This document shows positions 1-11,972 of a stretch of 64,000 nucleotides of DNA, in pieces. The stretch's first letter is position 1, and each line of letters starts with the position of its first letter. Below the pieces are notes generated by a model. The model was not told the origin of the DNA and did not search any database. It saw only the letters and a list, made by a program, of their open reading frames with translations. The position numbers and the translations under genes are program-made. Source of the DNA: Raillietiella orientalis (taxonomy: Eukaryota); NCBI GenBank assembly GCA_036172245.1, contig JAYWIR010000044.1:434001-498000 (forward strand). Direction: 5' to 3'.

Positions 1-1219
1 CTGCTATCTTTTGCAGCCCAGAACATCCTCGGAGCACGCAAGGAACAGCACCCACGGCACATCATCGACCTGCTCCACCCGATGACTTTTTAAGGCCGTG
101 TTCATCCAAAGGGTCGCCGCTGGCAGTCGCGCTTCCCCCAGGTGTCTTCGTCTTCGAGCACACAATCGAGGAGGGCACAGAGGCTCCTTCATCTCAAAAT
201 CTCCTGGAAAAGGAAGGTTGCCATTACCTCGCAGGCGGTCTGATGCCGCATTTCCCCCGCGAGTGGGCAGGCCGAGACTGGCTGAAAAATGCCAAGACAC
301 TCGGCCTCATCGATCTGCGCGACCTTTTCTAATGGATCCGTTGCTCCAGACACGCGAAATTCGTTCCCTGCACACTGTGGGGAAAAACCCAGCCGTTTGT
401 CCGATGCGACGAAAGTCCGCAGCGCTCACGGGGTACATGAATCATGCGAACGAACCCTGATCTGCGGCAAAATGCGCCGGAACTTTGACTTTCCATCTTC
501 CGGAGCATCAGGGGATCGCGTTGGGGATTGCGCTATCCTGCAGCCGCACTGGAAGCACGGGAGCCGACGACAGAAGAGCCAGGAGATACTCGAACGGCTG
601 CCTCACTGTCGGAGCAGCGGTGGATGCCCGCGCGCCGCAGAAGACTGCCGGCGAAATGGCGGCCGGCAGGTCAAATCTCTCCCCACCGGGCAAGCAGCTG
701 CGGACGCGCTTCGATCCCCGGGAGCTATCCTTTCCCTCCTGTCCACATGATGCACCTGAGAGAATGGATGGACTTTACCGTCTTGCAGGTTTCGAGTTCC
801 CTTTCCGTTCCGGCAACCTCTTCGTTTCCGTCCATCGAGCTCCCCTGCTCTACAGAAACCTCGCATATGCATGTGGCTGAGGCGGCAGATGAAGAGGTCG
901 CGATGAGAAACAAGAGAGCGCCGAACCGAATCTGGAGATTGGATTTGGCATTCTGGGAGGCGCGGATCTTTTACCCTGGGAGTTCAAGAAGTGGACGTGA
1001 GATGGGGAGCGTAAGGATGCTGGTGAGACACCAAAGCACTGCATTCCTGTAGCATCAGGAAGTAGAGGGATGAGAAATATACAACACATAGAGTCTCCTT
1101 ACCTGGAAAAGGGAGACGATTTGGAACCCAAGCACCAGGAAACAACATGTGCAGCAGCGGCGTCTGCAATTATTATAACAGTCATCCAGTGACTGCTGCA
1201 TAGACATGTAAGGATCCAT

Positions 1220-1700
1220 TCTTGAGCGTGTTTCGAGCAATAGTCAGTTCAGGAAGCAAGTTCCAGGCAACGACTCGTCCCATCCCATCCCTACAAGTAC
1301 ACGGCCTGAGATCACCGGGCATTCTAGCAAACCGTGTCTTTGCCAACGTCGGCGGCCGCTTTTCCTGCGAGTCTGCTTGTTGTCTTCCACGCCCAATCTG
1401 CCCAAGTTGATTTAGCGTTTGAGTCAGCTACCTGCTTCTTCCTAAGCCAGGAGGATTGACCTCCAAAACACGGTAGCAGAAGAGCAAAAAAAATCCCTAA
1501 TGATGGAATTTGTTCCCTGCCAAACATCTGAGTGATCTCTCAAATGATTCCGTCCATATTACGCAGCTCATCCGAGAGTGGACTCAACTTTGGCTCACAC
1601 TGGTCCTTGCTTTCGGTAAAGCGTTTAGTTCGCTCCCATCGCAAGACGTTCCAGAGAACTTGTAAAGTTCTTCAGTTCATGCCGAGAATTTCCGGAGGTT
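1220..1700 (+). pseudogene. Degenerate PPR-like fragments
   Basis: LSVFRAIVSSGSKF, ANRVF and SILRSSSESGLNFG loosely resemble plant PLS-PPR motifs; no continuous frame. Confidence 0.25.
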
Positions 1701-1949
1701 TCATAACGGACGACCATCCATCCCATGCTTCTAGTCCAAAGCCTGACATCCACTTGCAGTCCCCTCGGGAATTTTCAACCCCTCAACACTTCCGAACGAG
1801 ATTCCAGAGTTCCGACATTGCATCTCCCTTCTGTACGAGAGATGCAGAGTGCCAATCCGCGCAAAGGAGACTTTGTTTCTTCCGCCTTGCCTCAGGGCCC
1901 AGAGCATCCGTTGGAGCCCAAAGCATTCGTAGGGGCAAGTGACTTCCAT

Positions 1950-2350
1950 CGTGGCCATCTTCCGGCAACCCCAGAGCTTCTGCTGGATACGCTTCACCTC
2001 GGCTCCGTTCCTGAATACCCTGGTTGGCGGCGGCTACCAACCGCCAGTGCTTCAGGGCAGCCCTCTTCGGACTGCTTACGCGTCTGTCGGCGATGCGATC
2101 ATCTGCACGGACGCATCTTCCTCACAGGCGCTCGGCGCTGACCACCGTTGGGTCGCGCTCCACGAGTGCAAATTCGTCAAGAGAAGGTGCTTGCGGTGGG
2201 ACAGAAAGTGTTCCGAGGCCTGACGCTGCGCGTCGCAGGCCCGGGTTTGCCAACTCCTGCGGGAAGCTGCCTGGTGCTTGATGCTCACGAAGATCTGCGA
2301 GTCCGAGGTGCTGAAGAGAACGTACCGTGTGTCGATCTCGCTGCCGTGAT
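1950..2350 (+). mobile_element. L1-like ORF1 relic (DUF4283-like)
   Basis: CWIRFTSAPFLNTLVGGGYQPPVLQGSPLR then HRWVALH follows the F.S...L..GP...G.PL then WV.L order of plant L1 ORF1. Confidence 0.3.
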
Positions 2351-2999
2351 CCACCACAACAAGGATTGGCTGGGTTTTATGGACGGACGGTCATCAGTCT
2401 CCTAAGCCAGGGACGGATGCATTGAAAATGGGACCGTCTGCGGGCGTGCAATGGGATTTTGTGTGCCGACGAGGAGCTCTGCCTACCGACTAGCGATACC
2501 CGCTCACTGAGGGAGCAGCCCCTAGTGAGTGGAAATCCCTATTCGGTAGGCAGATTTTCGATATCGGAACTCACAGGAAGGTGTCCGTTGCTTTCGAAGG
2601 TGCACACGCGTCCCTGGCAGAGAAGATTCGCAAGGAATGTTTGGCGACCGTGGGCGGCGTGCGGAGACGATGGCTGCTCAAAGTCAACCTCAGACGTTTC
2701 CCGAGGATCGCTGGCTTTCGTTTCGAAGACGATTTGTCGCTGTCTGCATCGAAGTTTTGGGCAGCTCCGGAAATTCACGGCGTGTGGCAGTAACGGCCGC
2801 TTCCGATTGGTCCTCTGTGAGTGCGGTGGGGTGCACCCGGGTAAACAGAAATCCGCTGGGAGAATGGCAGCGGGTGAAGGATTCGTTTGTGCTCGATGGG
2901 TTCCGCATCCAGGATTCTTCTGGGAGACCCGCATCGCCTTGCGTTCCCTTAGGCGGGTTTTGTCGTCTTTGATTGCTGGGTCATTCATGGAAAAATGGG

Positions 3000-3300
3000 G
3001 GAGGGAAGAATTTACAATGGTCTGGAATAATGGGAAGAAAAAAAATGAAAGGAAAAGGTGCTACAACCTGTAAGTTCCTCGCAGTTGCCCTGATGTGCCT
3101 TTTCACTCCGAATTCCATTTGACCGAACTCCTGACGAACTCGGACGCCTGCCTTGGACGAAGAGTGCATCCTTCTCTCGCTTTGAATGTCGCCAGCGCTG
3201 TTGCGCGGCAGATGATGGGAGTGTAGTTGAATCGCTCTTGAGATCTTCTGTTTCCCGGAACACTCTCAAAGCATGCGTCAAAGAGCGTCCGCTGCTCTGC
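3000..3300 (-). mobile_element. LINE ORF2 C-terminus relic with T-rich start of 3' UTR
   Basis: ICRATALATF...SEFVRSSVKW resembles the post-zinc-finger region of other copies (CTRTALATRH...TYVRAASW at about 43800); a T/C-rich tract follows. Confidence 0.4.
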
Positions 3301-5229
3301 GGGTGGAGATTCTGCCTGCTTAGACGTGGCTTCCTTGCGATCGAAGAGCTTCCAGCGCACCAGTATCAAGACGGCGGCGCGGTAGCGCGATTGAAGGAAG
3401 GAGAGAACAAGATTTCAGAATCCGCACTGCAAAATGCTCAAGAGCGGATGCAGCTGGTACGGGGGGCGACCGCGCAGCACTGCAAGAAACTCAAGTAACT
3501 GCCTCTCTCTCTTCTCTGTAGGAGAGCGTTGCGTGAGAGCGAAAAGGAACACACAGTGGGGAAGCAGAACGCTACTGTCGCATCCGCGGCAAAACCTGTG
3601 CTAGTGGCGCCACAAACAACGTGGCTCAGGGTTTCCTCTTTTCTCCACTTATTCGGTTACTTTAATGACCCCTTCGCAAGGGTAGTCCGCACCCATGTCT
3701 GACTTGAGTGCCGGCGTTTTCCCTCGGGAGCAGACTGTGAGATAGGGAAAAGGGTCCTTACTTTCACAGCTTCATTTCTTGGATTATTCTCAAACGAGCG
3801 CTCCAGTCTGACCTCCTCGCTCCTGATAAAATTCTCCCAGTTAGGAGGGAGAGTCATATGGTGGCACAAACCCAAAAGCAACGACCCTCTTTATGGAATA
3901 CAGAGCTAGGGACAAAGAGGGAGGGAGAAAGATGGTCAATAAATAGACATGGCTGGTCCATCCTCTTAGTGCCGGGGCTGCTTCGGATAGAGATGGAATA
4001 AAAAGATCCAAGCTGCCCCACAATCTTACCAGCGAGGGATTAAGGTCGCGCAGCTCCTCTCCCCTGCTCACAAATCTCAGAGGATCGCCAGCGAGGTGGC
4101 AACGACTGGTAAGCCTGGACAGGCCTGGTGAAAGTTTCTTTAAACAGTTTCTGCGGAGCATCAGCAGCACTGAAGTGGAAAGCCTCTATGGTTGGTTGCT
4201 GAATCTTCTGAAGTATTTCAAGAGCACTTGTGGCAGGGTCCCCACAATCTCACAGTGGATGTGCTCTTCGGCCAATGCCTCCGCTGAATCTTTGAAACGT
4301 TCTCCGTTTCGTGTCAGCCCGGCATGACCAGCTAATAATCCGCAGACTGTGGACTCTCCAGCTCTTGTCCTTTTACCCTTCGACATCCGTTTGATGGTGC
4401 GGAACTTCCTCCAGTTTACCTCCAGAGATTTTTTTTTCCATCGGAGGAGCTCAGACTTGGTGTGTTGCGCGCCATTGTCTTCGCTGCAACCACAACGGAT
4501 GTGACTTTCTGTTGGAGCATCTGTGGGAGTCCTGTCTGGCTCCTGTTGGACCATCCTGCAGTGCTCAACTCGGCTGATGAACTCTTTGCTGCGCTGCCCT
4601 ACCGAAAAATTCCCTCTACACTATGAAAGGTCTCCTAGGGCAGTTGGGCCGGTCTTAAGAACGTGAAGACGTGAGCGGAACCTCCGCCGCTCTGGGGACA
4701 CGACGCGAATGTTTCGAACGTCTCCCGGTAACAGCAAGGATAAGACCACGAACCGAGAGAACTCGGTGGGAATGAAAACAGGTCAACAAGACTGCAGCCG
4801 CTCAACCGGTTTTGCTCCCGGAAGATAGGAAGGGCACACAGGAAGTGAGTTGGCGCGTCTCCGGGAAGCATTTCCTGCCGTTCAAGCCGGGCCTGAGGTG
4901 ACCTTTGGCTGGGACACACTCCGTGCTCCGTTAGCTTGGAGCCCTTTGTTCGCGAAAATGCAAGCCTTCGAGAAAGAAGAAATGAGATGGATGTTGCCTT
5001 CGTAATGATGTGAAAGGAAGAAGAGTTAAAGATGTAAGTAGGGTCGCTCTTTTCCATTACGTCTCCAGCGGAGAGTACCAATGCCGAGCAGCATCAAGAA
5101 CCCAGGAAACCAAAGAATAACAAACGATAACTCTTGGATCCGAAATAATAAGTGGGTAGAGCATTAAGGGATGCTGCGGCCTTGAATGGTGCGTCTATCC
5201 GCCTTCTCAGGCGGGGAGAAAACGGAGGG

Positions 5230-5370
5230 ACTTCACTCCCATAGCACTCGCATAGCTCGCCGCCACGCCAAAGCACTAGGGAGAGCAAAGCGGCAGAATC
5301 GGTGGTTTCCATGGCTGCATCCCCTTTGGAAGGCAGACTCGACAGCTCTCTCCTTGCAATGGAAACTCAA
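5230..5370 (+). mobile_element. LINE ORF2 pre-zinc-finger fragment
   Basis: PLWKADSTALSLQWK resembles LGADTSVFPLQWK (about 31160) and ANTSVYPLKWK (about 44390). Confidence 0.3.
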
Positions 5371-6042
5371 GCAAGCGTGACTGCGCCCCGCAGTTCCTTT
5401 TCGCTGCTCCCAAGCAAGCAAGCCCGAGTGCATCAGGTTGAGATCCGGGCCGAAAAAGAGAAGAAAAGACAAGTTGTCATGGGAACGCGGAAACCACTTC
5501 CATGCAGTCGAAATCGAATGGCTTTTCTGGCCAGCCTTTGTGCACGGAAGCGGGTCCGGAAAACCAACGGAGCTTAAAGGACAGGCGGAAAGACAGCCTC
5601 GCCGGTGAGCACAACCTGGCACTCTTAAAAGGGCTGGAGCAGAAGAAGCAACCGCAGTAGCGGCACAGCACGAAAGTTCACTCCGAGGGCCCGTGTCGTG
5701 CAACGCAGTGAGGCATGGAGATTCTTGACCGTTGGACATCTTGGTCAGAGAAATTCCATTCGCCTGCGCAATAAACCGCATTTTGTTTTGCGTTACTCAT
5801 GGAAGGAGAGAACTTTGGTTTTGAACAGACTAAAAGAAGCAGAGGAGAGTGACTGGGTGGCTGGTACGATGAGGTGCATCGGTCCTCTAACCACTTCCTC
5901 AACAGCCCCGTTGGTGGATTTGTGGTTAAGGTTTCCGCGCTTGGCACCATTCGTCGCGGGTTCGAATGCTCCAGCAGAAACTGACGCCCCTGCGTCGTTG
6001 GATTCCGAGTTTCTCCTGCAAGATGGCGCTGGCTGGTCGAGA

Positions 6043-6990
6043 CATTCGGGAGTGGCACCGGTGGTCGTTTAAGCCGGAGACCCCCGATGAAGGCCAGAGC
6101 AAAGGGAGTCGACCTTCGAGTCCTTCCAGGAATCAAGGAGTGGGGAGTTCCCCCTCCGTTCGTACAACGGAGCGTGAACCCCCGTCACCGGGGGACCGCC
6201 TCCGCTTTCAAGATGGAGCGGGAGTCCTCACGGGCACTCTCCAGTTGTTCAAAGAAGCGGACCCTTCCTGTTGCTGGAGGGACCCTCTGAGTCGTCACCT
6301 CTTCACAGAGTGCAAGGAAGCAAGCGAGAGCGATTCCCTGCGGGAAGCTGCAGCGCCCCCTCTGAGTTTCGGATGCGTCCCTTCGGGGTTCTCTTCAGAG
6401 GAGTGAATAGGAGCGGTTCCCATGCGGGTTCCCTCCGGAGAAGAAATTCCTACTAGCGGATCCTTTCAGGATTCCCTTCGGAGAAGATGAAATGGAGAGG
6501 GCCACCCCCCTTCCAGGGGGTGTCCCTCCAGAGAGAACGAGGAAGAAGATTCCCTTCGGGGTTCCCCTTCGGAGACAACCAGGGTGGGAGGTGCGATCCC
6601 CCCTGTCTGTGGGGGATCCCTCCCCAAGCGTGAGAGGAACGGACTCCGAGTCCCTCCTGGATTCATAGGGCGGACCCATCCAGGGGTGCCCCCTATCCTG
6701 AAGAATTACACGCCCCCCTGCGGGTTGCCGCAGGAGGAGAGGCGTGGAAACAAAGCACTCTGTTTACAAGAGCCACGTGCGCCGCGAGGCACGCGACCGG
6801 CTCTGCGGTACTTAGCGAACCAGCAGCGAAGACCATCTTCGCCTTGCACTGGAGTACCAACTGCAGCACAGATAAGCGATCGACCTTGCCGACAATGCAC
6901 CAGGAGTGGGGCTCATTTACACGGCGGTCTAGCCTGTGTGCACAGCAAATCTCCCTGGGGCGGAAAGTCTATGCTGGAGCAAACCATGCC
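6043..6990 (-). mobile_element. LINE 3' part: degenerate zf-RVT region followed by a 700-nt GC-rich multi-hairpin 3' region
   Basis: LLVHCRQGRS...EDGLRCWFA (6820-6910) parallels HLL.DC...R..W...DLLRRFF of other copies. 6044-6746 is a dense hairpin array ending (minus strand) in TAAACGACCACCGGTGCCACTCCCGA, a variant of the family terminal motif. Confidence 0.55.
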
Positions 6991-7239
6991 TTCCTGATTT
7001 GTCTCCGATGGCGCCGTCTGGATCAAATGACCGCTAGAAGCCTCACGTTTCGACATGCTGACACTCCTCTGTCGGCAAAGTGGACAGTCCAATAGCCTGT
7101 ACTTCTCTCATTGTCCAGCACAAAGGTCCTGCCTTCATTTGTACTGCAGAAAACGATCCGAATGAAGGCCTCATTCTTGCCTGCCACCATGGAGCACGGA
7201 ATCCTGAAGCAGTTTCTAATCTATTCTGAGCATAAGCTG

Positions 7240-7370
7240 CTTTGAAGTCAGCCCAAGGCGCACTTCTCTCGCTCTGTCCTGTAGAGAAGCAGCCCATGAC
7301 CATCAACGACCACACTTCCTCGTTCCCGATGCAATAATCGAAGGTGCTCTTCGTGAACGTGTAGCTGGAG
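7240..7370 (-). mobile_element. AP-endonuclease C-terminal relic of a LINE
   Basis: SYTFTKSTFDYCIGN...GQSERSAPWADF resembles the TF...S.IDY...SDH.P..A.F pattern; same strand and upstream of the 6043-6990 piece. Confidence 0.35.
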
Positions 7371-7714
7371 CTCTTTTCTGATGGTATAAAATGGAGCTAA
7401 ATGAATGATTTACGAATCCTCACATTTCTTCGTCGAACGGGAAGCCTGACTACTCAGCACACTGTACCTCGCTGGGGTTGGCATCCTTCTATTGGAGGAA
7501 AGAGATGCAACCTTGCCTAGGATCGCTCGTAAGCTGAAGATGGATTTCATCGCTCATCTGCGCATCCTTGAGCTGCAATTTAGCAGCATCTCAGAAATCA
7601 GAAGGCTTGAAATTATAATTACTTTGCAGAAGAGTGGCGCTTCTTGCCGGTATAGCAGGAAACGAGTTCCAGAAGAGTTCTCAGTAATGGAACAATCACA
7701 GCAAACTCAAATAA

Positions 7715-7820
7715 GGAAAATGTGCCAAACATGCTTACTTGGGATCTTATGTGGAAGTGGCGTATGCCCATGGCACGGTTCCTCTTCAGTTCAGGAAAGG
7801 AACTATTCCGAAAGTTTGTC
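7715..7820 (+). pseudogene. PPR-like motif relic
   Basis: MPNMLTW...VAYAHG...KELFRK across frameshifts resembles MP..D..SW..M..AYA..G....A.ELF. Confidence 0.3.
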
Positions 7821-8079
7821 CACCATCTTCGAACCATTCCAACCCACATCTCTTTTCAATTGTCCGGCGTCTCCCGAATTGCTTGCAGCAAGGACGAAGT
7901 GCAGCTGGCGAAGTGCAAATCCATCCAACGACCCATCGTGGGTAAGTCAGGGATCATCCAGCCCTTTGGGAAATTTTCTCTCCACCTCCGAAATCCGGGA
8001 CCTCCGAATCACACGGTTCCAATGCATTTTACAGGTTCCATGTTGTAGCAGAGGTGAGGGAAGATATTGAATGCTGTTT

Positions 8080-9000
8080 TCACCACAGAGTTATGAGACT
8101 GATCCACCATTTAAACTGTCGAGACTGTTTGGATTCGTCCGTATCCTCGATGGAAACGCCAGGAGCAACTGGATGCACAACTTGACAACTGGGTCCTGCA
8201 GAACGGAAGTCTGCAACTATGTGTCCGTAATTTTGCTCCATATCTAGGGCTTTTTCAAGTAACACCAGTCACTTGATATAATTACTCAACAAAATTAAGC
8301 TATTATATAAATAACTCATAATGATAAGTTGGATAGAATGAAGCCTTGCTTCAAGCGATGCGACTGCTAGTAGATTCTTACCTACTACTAAATTATTATC
8401 AGAATTGAAAACTTTATTGGGCTCACGTTCTGAACTCACATCACTTAAATCCTCATTCAACGAAAGATGAGAATTCTCAGTAATTTCTGTCATCATTGCA
8501 TCAAGAATAGATGGAAAGGATGGAAGAGCGCCAGAATTGTAAAGTTCACCAGAAGTTTCGCAGAGCACCTTGCAGACTTTTCGAAATTTGGCAGCAAATC
8601 CATCAGGATCACTAGCAGGAGAGCTCACAGAAACCATGATGCTGAGAACAATGCCTGGCAATGCAACCAAGCAACTAAGTTTTGAAACGATGGGGCAAAT
8701 GCATCTCAGTGAGTGTCACCTAATACACAGAGAGCTTCGTCGAGTTAACGTATGAAGATTGCCGTATACTAGAGAACACCTCTCAGCAAATGTATTGAAA
8801 ACCCAGCGCCATAGTGGCTGCAGTAATGCCAAATAAGAGTTCATTCTACAAATAGATCCTTTACATGGATATCAGAGAAACAGATAAGATTTGGTATAAT
8901 CACACACTTACAGCCTTCTTCACTGTTTCCTTGAGAACTGTTTAAATGAGGACCCACTAGTTGCTAAACGTTCTTTTGAAAAATTTCTTGTCATGACAGT
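8080..9000 (-). mobile_element. hAT transposase relic
   Basis: In order on the minus strand: RWVSIHLLR (about 8790, 1-nt frameshift; cf. RWNSTYLML.R), VCKVLCETSGEL...LPSFPSIL, LLAVASLEARL (cf. A..LDPR), FKWW (cf. dimerisation-domain WW). Confidence 0.45.
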
Positions 9001-9224
9001 AACTTCATCATTGACACTTCCAAAAGGTTCAGCGATGCATACTTAATCATAATTTAAGGCGTAGTTTCCACAAGGACAAATCACAACATCGCTCTGGCAG
9101 AAGCTTATCTGTCCAAACGCCCGGATGAACCTGAAATATAGCTGAGACAACTTCGTGAAGAAGGACCATCTCCGAAACCCAACACAATACCGAGGACAAC
9201 CAGTTGAAACTTCAATGTTGAATG

Positions 9225-11972
9225 CAAAATGTTCATGCAAAGAGCTCCTGCGCACACCACAACACATCGAACGACAGGGCGGTCAAGAGCCTCTGTGATT
9301 AATGCCCCTCAGCAACACACACAAAACAGCTAAACACACAAAACACACATACACAACACACGCGACAAAAAAGAAAAAAGAAAAACCGAACCCTCTGCGA
9401 TCTTCGAGGAAAAATACAGCGAGGACACAGAACGGGACAGCAGCGCGTTGCCTGCGATCCCCAACGCAACCATCGAATTTGCCGCATAGTCACCATCTCT
9501 CGGCACCCTCCAAGAACTCCTCCTTCGCTAGAGAGTGCAGCAAGGCTCCAGGCAACGAGTTGCCGCCACGAGTTTCCGTAGCTACCATGCCAAAGAAAGC
9601 CGCAACGGACCGCGAATGGGGACTCACGCGTTTCGCAGACTTCAGACGAGATTTCGCCGCGACTGCCCCCACACGGCACCGGATGCTTCCTCCGCTACGC
9701 ATCCGGCGTTCAACAGCTCCGTGGAGGCAACCCATGCTGACCTTCGCAAGCGTGGTCTCAAGTTGCAAACTGAACTTGCGCGAGCACCGCCATTCGGTTG
9801 CAGGAAGGAAGACATCCCTGACATCAGGGGAGCGAAAGATGCCGTGTGACCCGCCGAGCGCGTTCTTCACCTCCCGCAACGATCCAGAGGAAAACAAACG
9901 AACCCCGTGCCGAACCAGATCCGTGCTGACCGAGCCCGTATCCAGGCAACCGATTTGCAACTGGACGGTAGGCAAGGCGGTAGTCGGGTAGGAAGGAACA
10001 TGGACGATCTGCGCAGCCAAGTCCATGGCGGTGCCCTCACGCCTGGAAACTTCTTACAGAGGTCGGTGAAAGTTGGACCCCATCAAAGTTGGATTTTCTA
10101 CGCTGCCTCAGCACGAACTGAAGGGTACGTCATCCATCCATGAAGAACGAGAGACGAAGCGCCCCGTCCCAGACAATCGCCTTCCGTAGGGTCCGACGTC
10201 AGCGCAGGCAGAAACGCTTCCGAGCACGCGTCTCCAATGGTCTCTCCTTGCTAGCTCGGAAGCCAAATCTTTCTCTTCTTGTCCAAAGTGATGACCAGGA
10301 CGCCGGCAGACGAAGACGAGGCGCGCGAACATCCCGAGCACGCAGATTCGACATTCCTGGTCTTCACCGCTCGTCCGCGCTCGCAAACCGCAGCAGGGAC
10401 TGCGCTATGCCTTGCGGGAGGTCACTCTTCGCTAAATGTCCACCGTGGTGGAGGAATCGCTCCACGGCACGGGAGCGACCGTGGCTTATCCGCCACCCTC
10501 TGTCTGGGCTTCAGCGACAGCGTGTTGCGCACCCAACGCGAAGAGTGTCCCGACCGGCAGAATGACAACTCGTTCCCTCCTGTCCGCGGGACTCCGCTGA
10601 ACTGGAAGATCGTCGACCGAGCTGCGAGTTGCGGGGCGACTGCTTCCGCTTTCAGCTGACAAGCAGCGGAGTTGCCCAGCGAACAGAGGCGGCTGTCTTT
10701 GCAAGACGGCATCTCTTTGCAACCTCTGCTGCGACGACGTCTGCAGGGCCATCGCTTGGAAAGTGAGCGATGGCAATAAAAGTGGCACTGGGAAAAAGAA
10801 AATTTGGGGGGGCAGACCGGCGTGACGCCTACGGGCACGTGCGCCCTGGACGCACGGCACTCGTAGCGCTTCAGAACGGTAGGAGTCGTTGTGGATCTCC
10901 CGGGCGGTTTTGACTTGAAGAGGAACTTGAACTGGAAAGAGGATTGACTTGAAGAGGGAGAGAAAGAAAGTTGTCAACGATTTCCGTGCCTTCCCTGAAG
11001 GTAAACCCTGGGTATGCTTTGGCGGTTTGTTGCTTCCTCGTGATGGAATGCTGGATCCGCGCGTTCGGGTGCACTTGAGAAGAGTCATGCCTGCTTTGCG
11101 TATTGATCGTTGGCGTTCTCGTTGGCGCGGTGCCTTCGTAGGTGAAAGAAGGTTGGTTCCCTTCGTCCGTAAGAGCTCTTCGATTGCCAGATGACGAGGA
11201 AAGAAGGTCGACGACCTGCTCACCATGTCTTCAGGGCACGGGGAGATGGGTGACTGCAATGTGTGTGTTCTCCCTCTTTGGAGTTGATCGGCGATTGGTG
11301 AGGGAGGTGTGGCAGATGTGACCCACTCCAAGCAATCCTGGAGGAACCAGGAGGTCGTCGCTATTCAGAGCATCGTGATCAATCCGGCATGGACACCGTC
11401 TTCGTCGCTGACGTCACCAGAGTCCGAATCCCGTAGTGGAAGCTGCTCTTGCTGCGCACCAGAAAGGCAGGTGTTAGGGTCGCAGCTTGTCTTACCGATT
11501 GACTGAAGCTGCATCTTTTTCTTTTCTTTTTCGGGAGCCGGAGCCTCTCTCCGCGCGAGACGATTCCAGGGTACGAGGCTGAAAGGCACACCACGCTGAG
11601 AGCACCGTCTCTCGTTCGATCGGCGAAGTTAAGCTGCATCTTTGCCCCTACTCAACGACGAATATCTGTCACCTAGGAACAGGAGTTGGGAATCGCAGCT
11701 TTTTTCTCTTGCTTCCCCCGCACTTCTCGCTACCCTCATTCTGCTCTTCTCCGTCGTTTTTTCGTCCCTTCGTCCTCCTCCTTGTCTCCCTGCTTCCATC
11801 CTGTTTTTTTCCTTTTTGTCCTTTTCGTGCTCTTCTTCTTCTCCTCTTACTCCCTTCATCCTCTTTCTCTCCGTTTTTTCTTCTTTGATCTTGTCGTTGC
11901 CATCGTCACAATGATCGTATCCGTCTTTGCCGTCACCGTCACCGTCATTCCGTCTTTGTGTTGCGCTCGCTC
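9225..11972. repeat. Left arm of 2.7-kb inverted repeat
   Basis: Reverse complement of 21167-23957. Mirrored ORFs have identical translations and coordinates summing to 33139 (e.g. 10486..11331 and 21808..22653). Confidence 0.97.

Noticed and set aside
6698..6766. Hammerhead ribozyme (CTGAAGA, stem, GAAAC...GTT)
   Set aside because: There is a four-base insertion before stem II, no R10.1-Y11.1 pair, and no stem I pairing.
10486..11331. Long ORFs as intact genes (281 aa here and at 21808; 276 aa at 18210; 261 aa at 19157; 274 aa at 42840)
   Set aside because: R/S/P-rich or low-complexity frames with no coherent domain; several are antisense or off-frame to TE relics.
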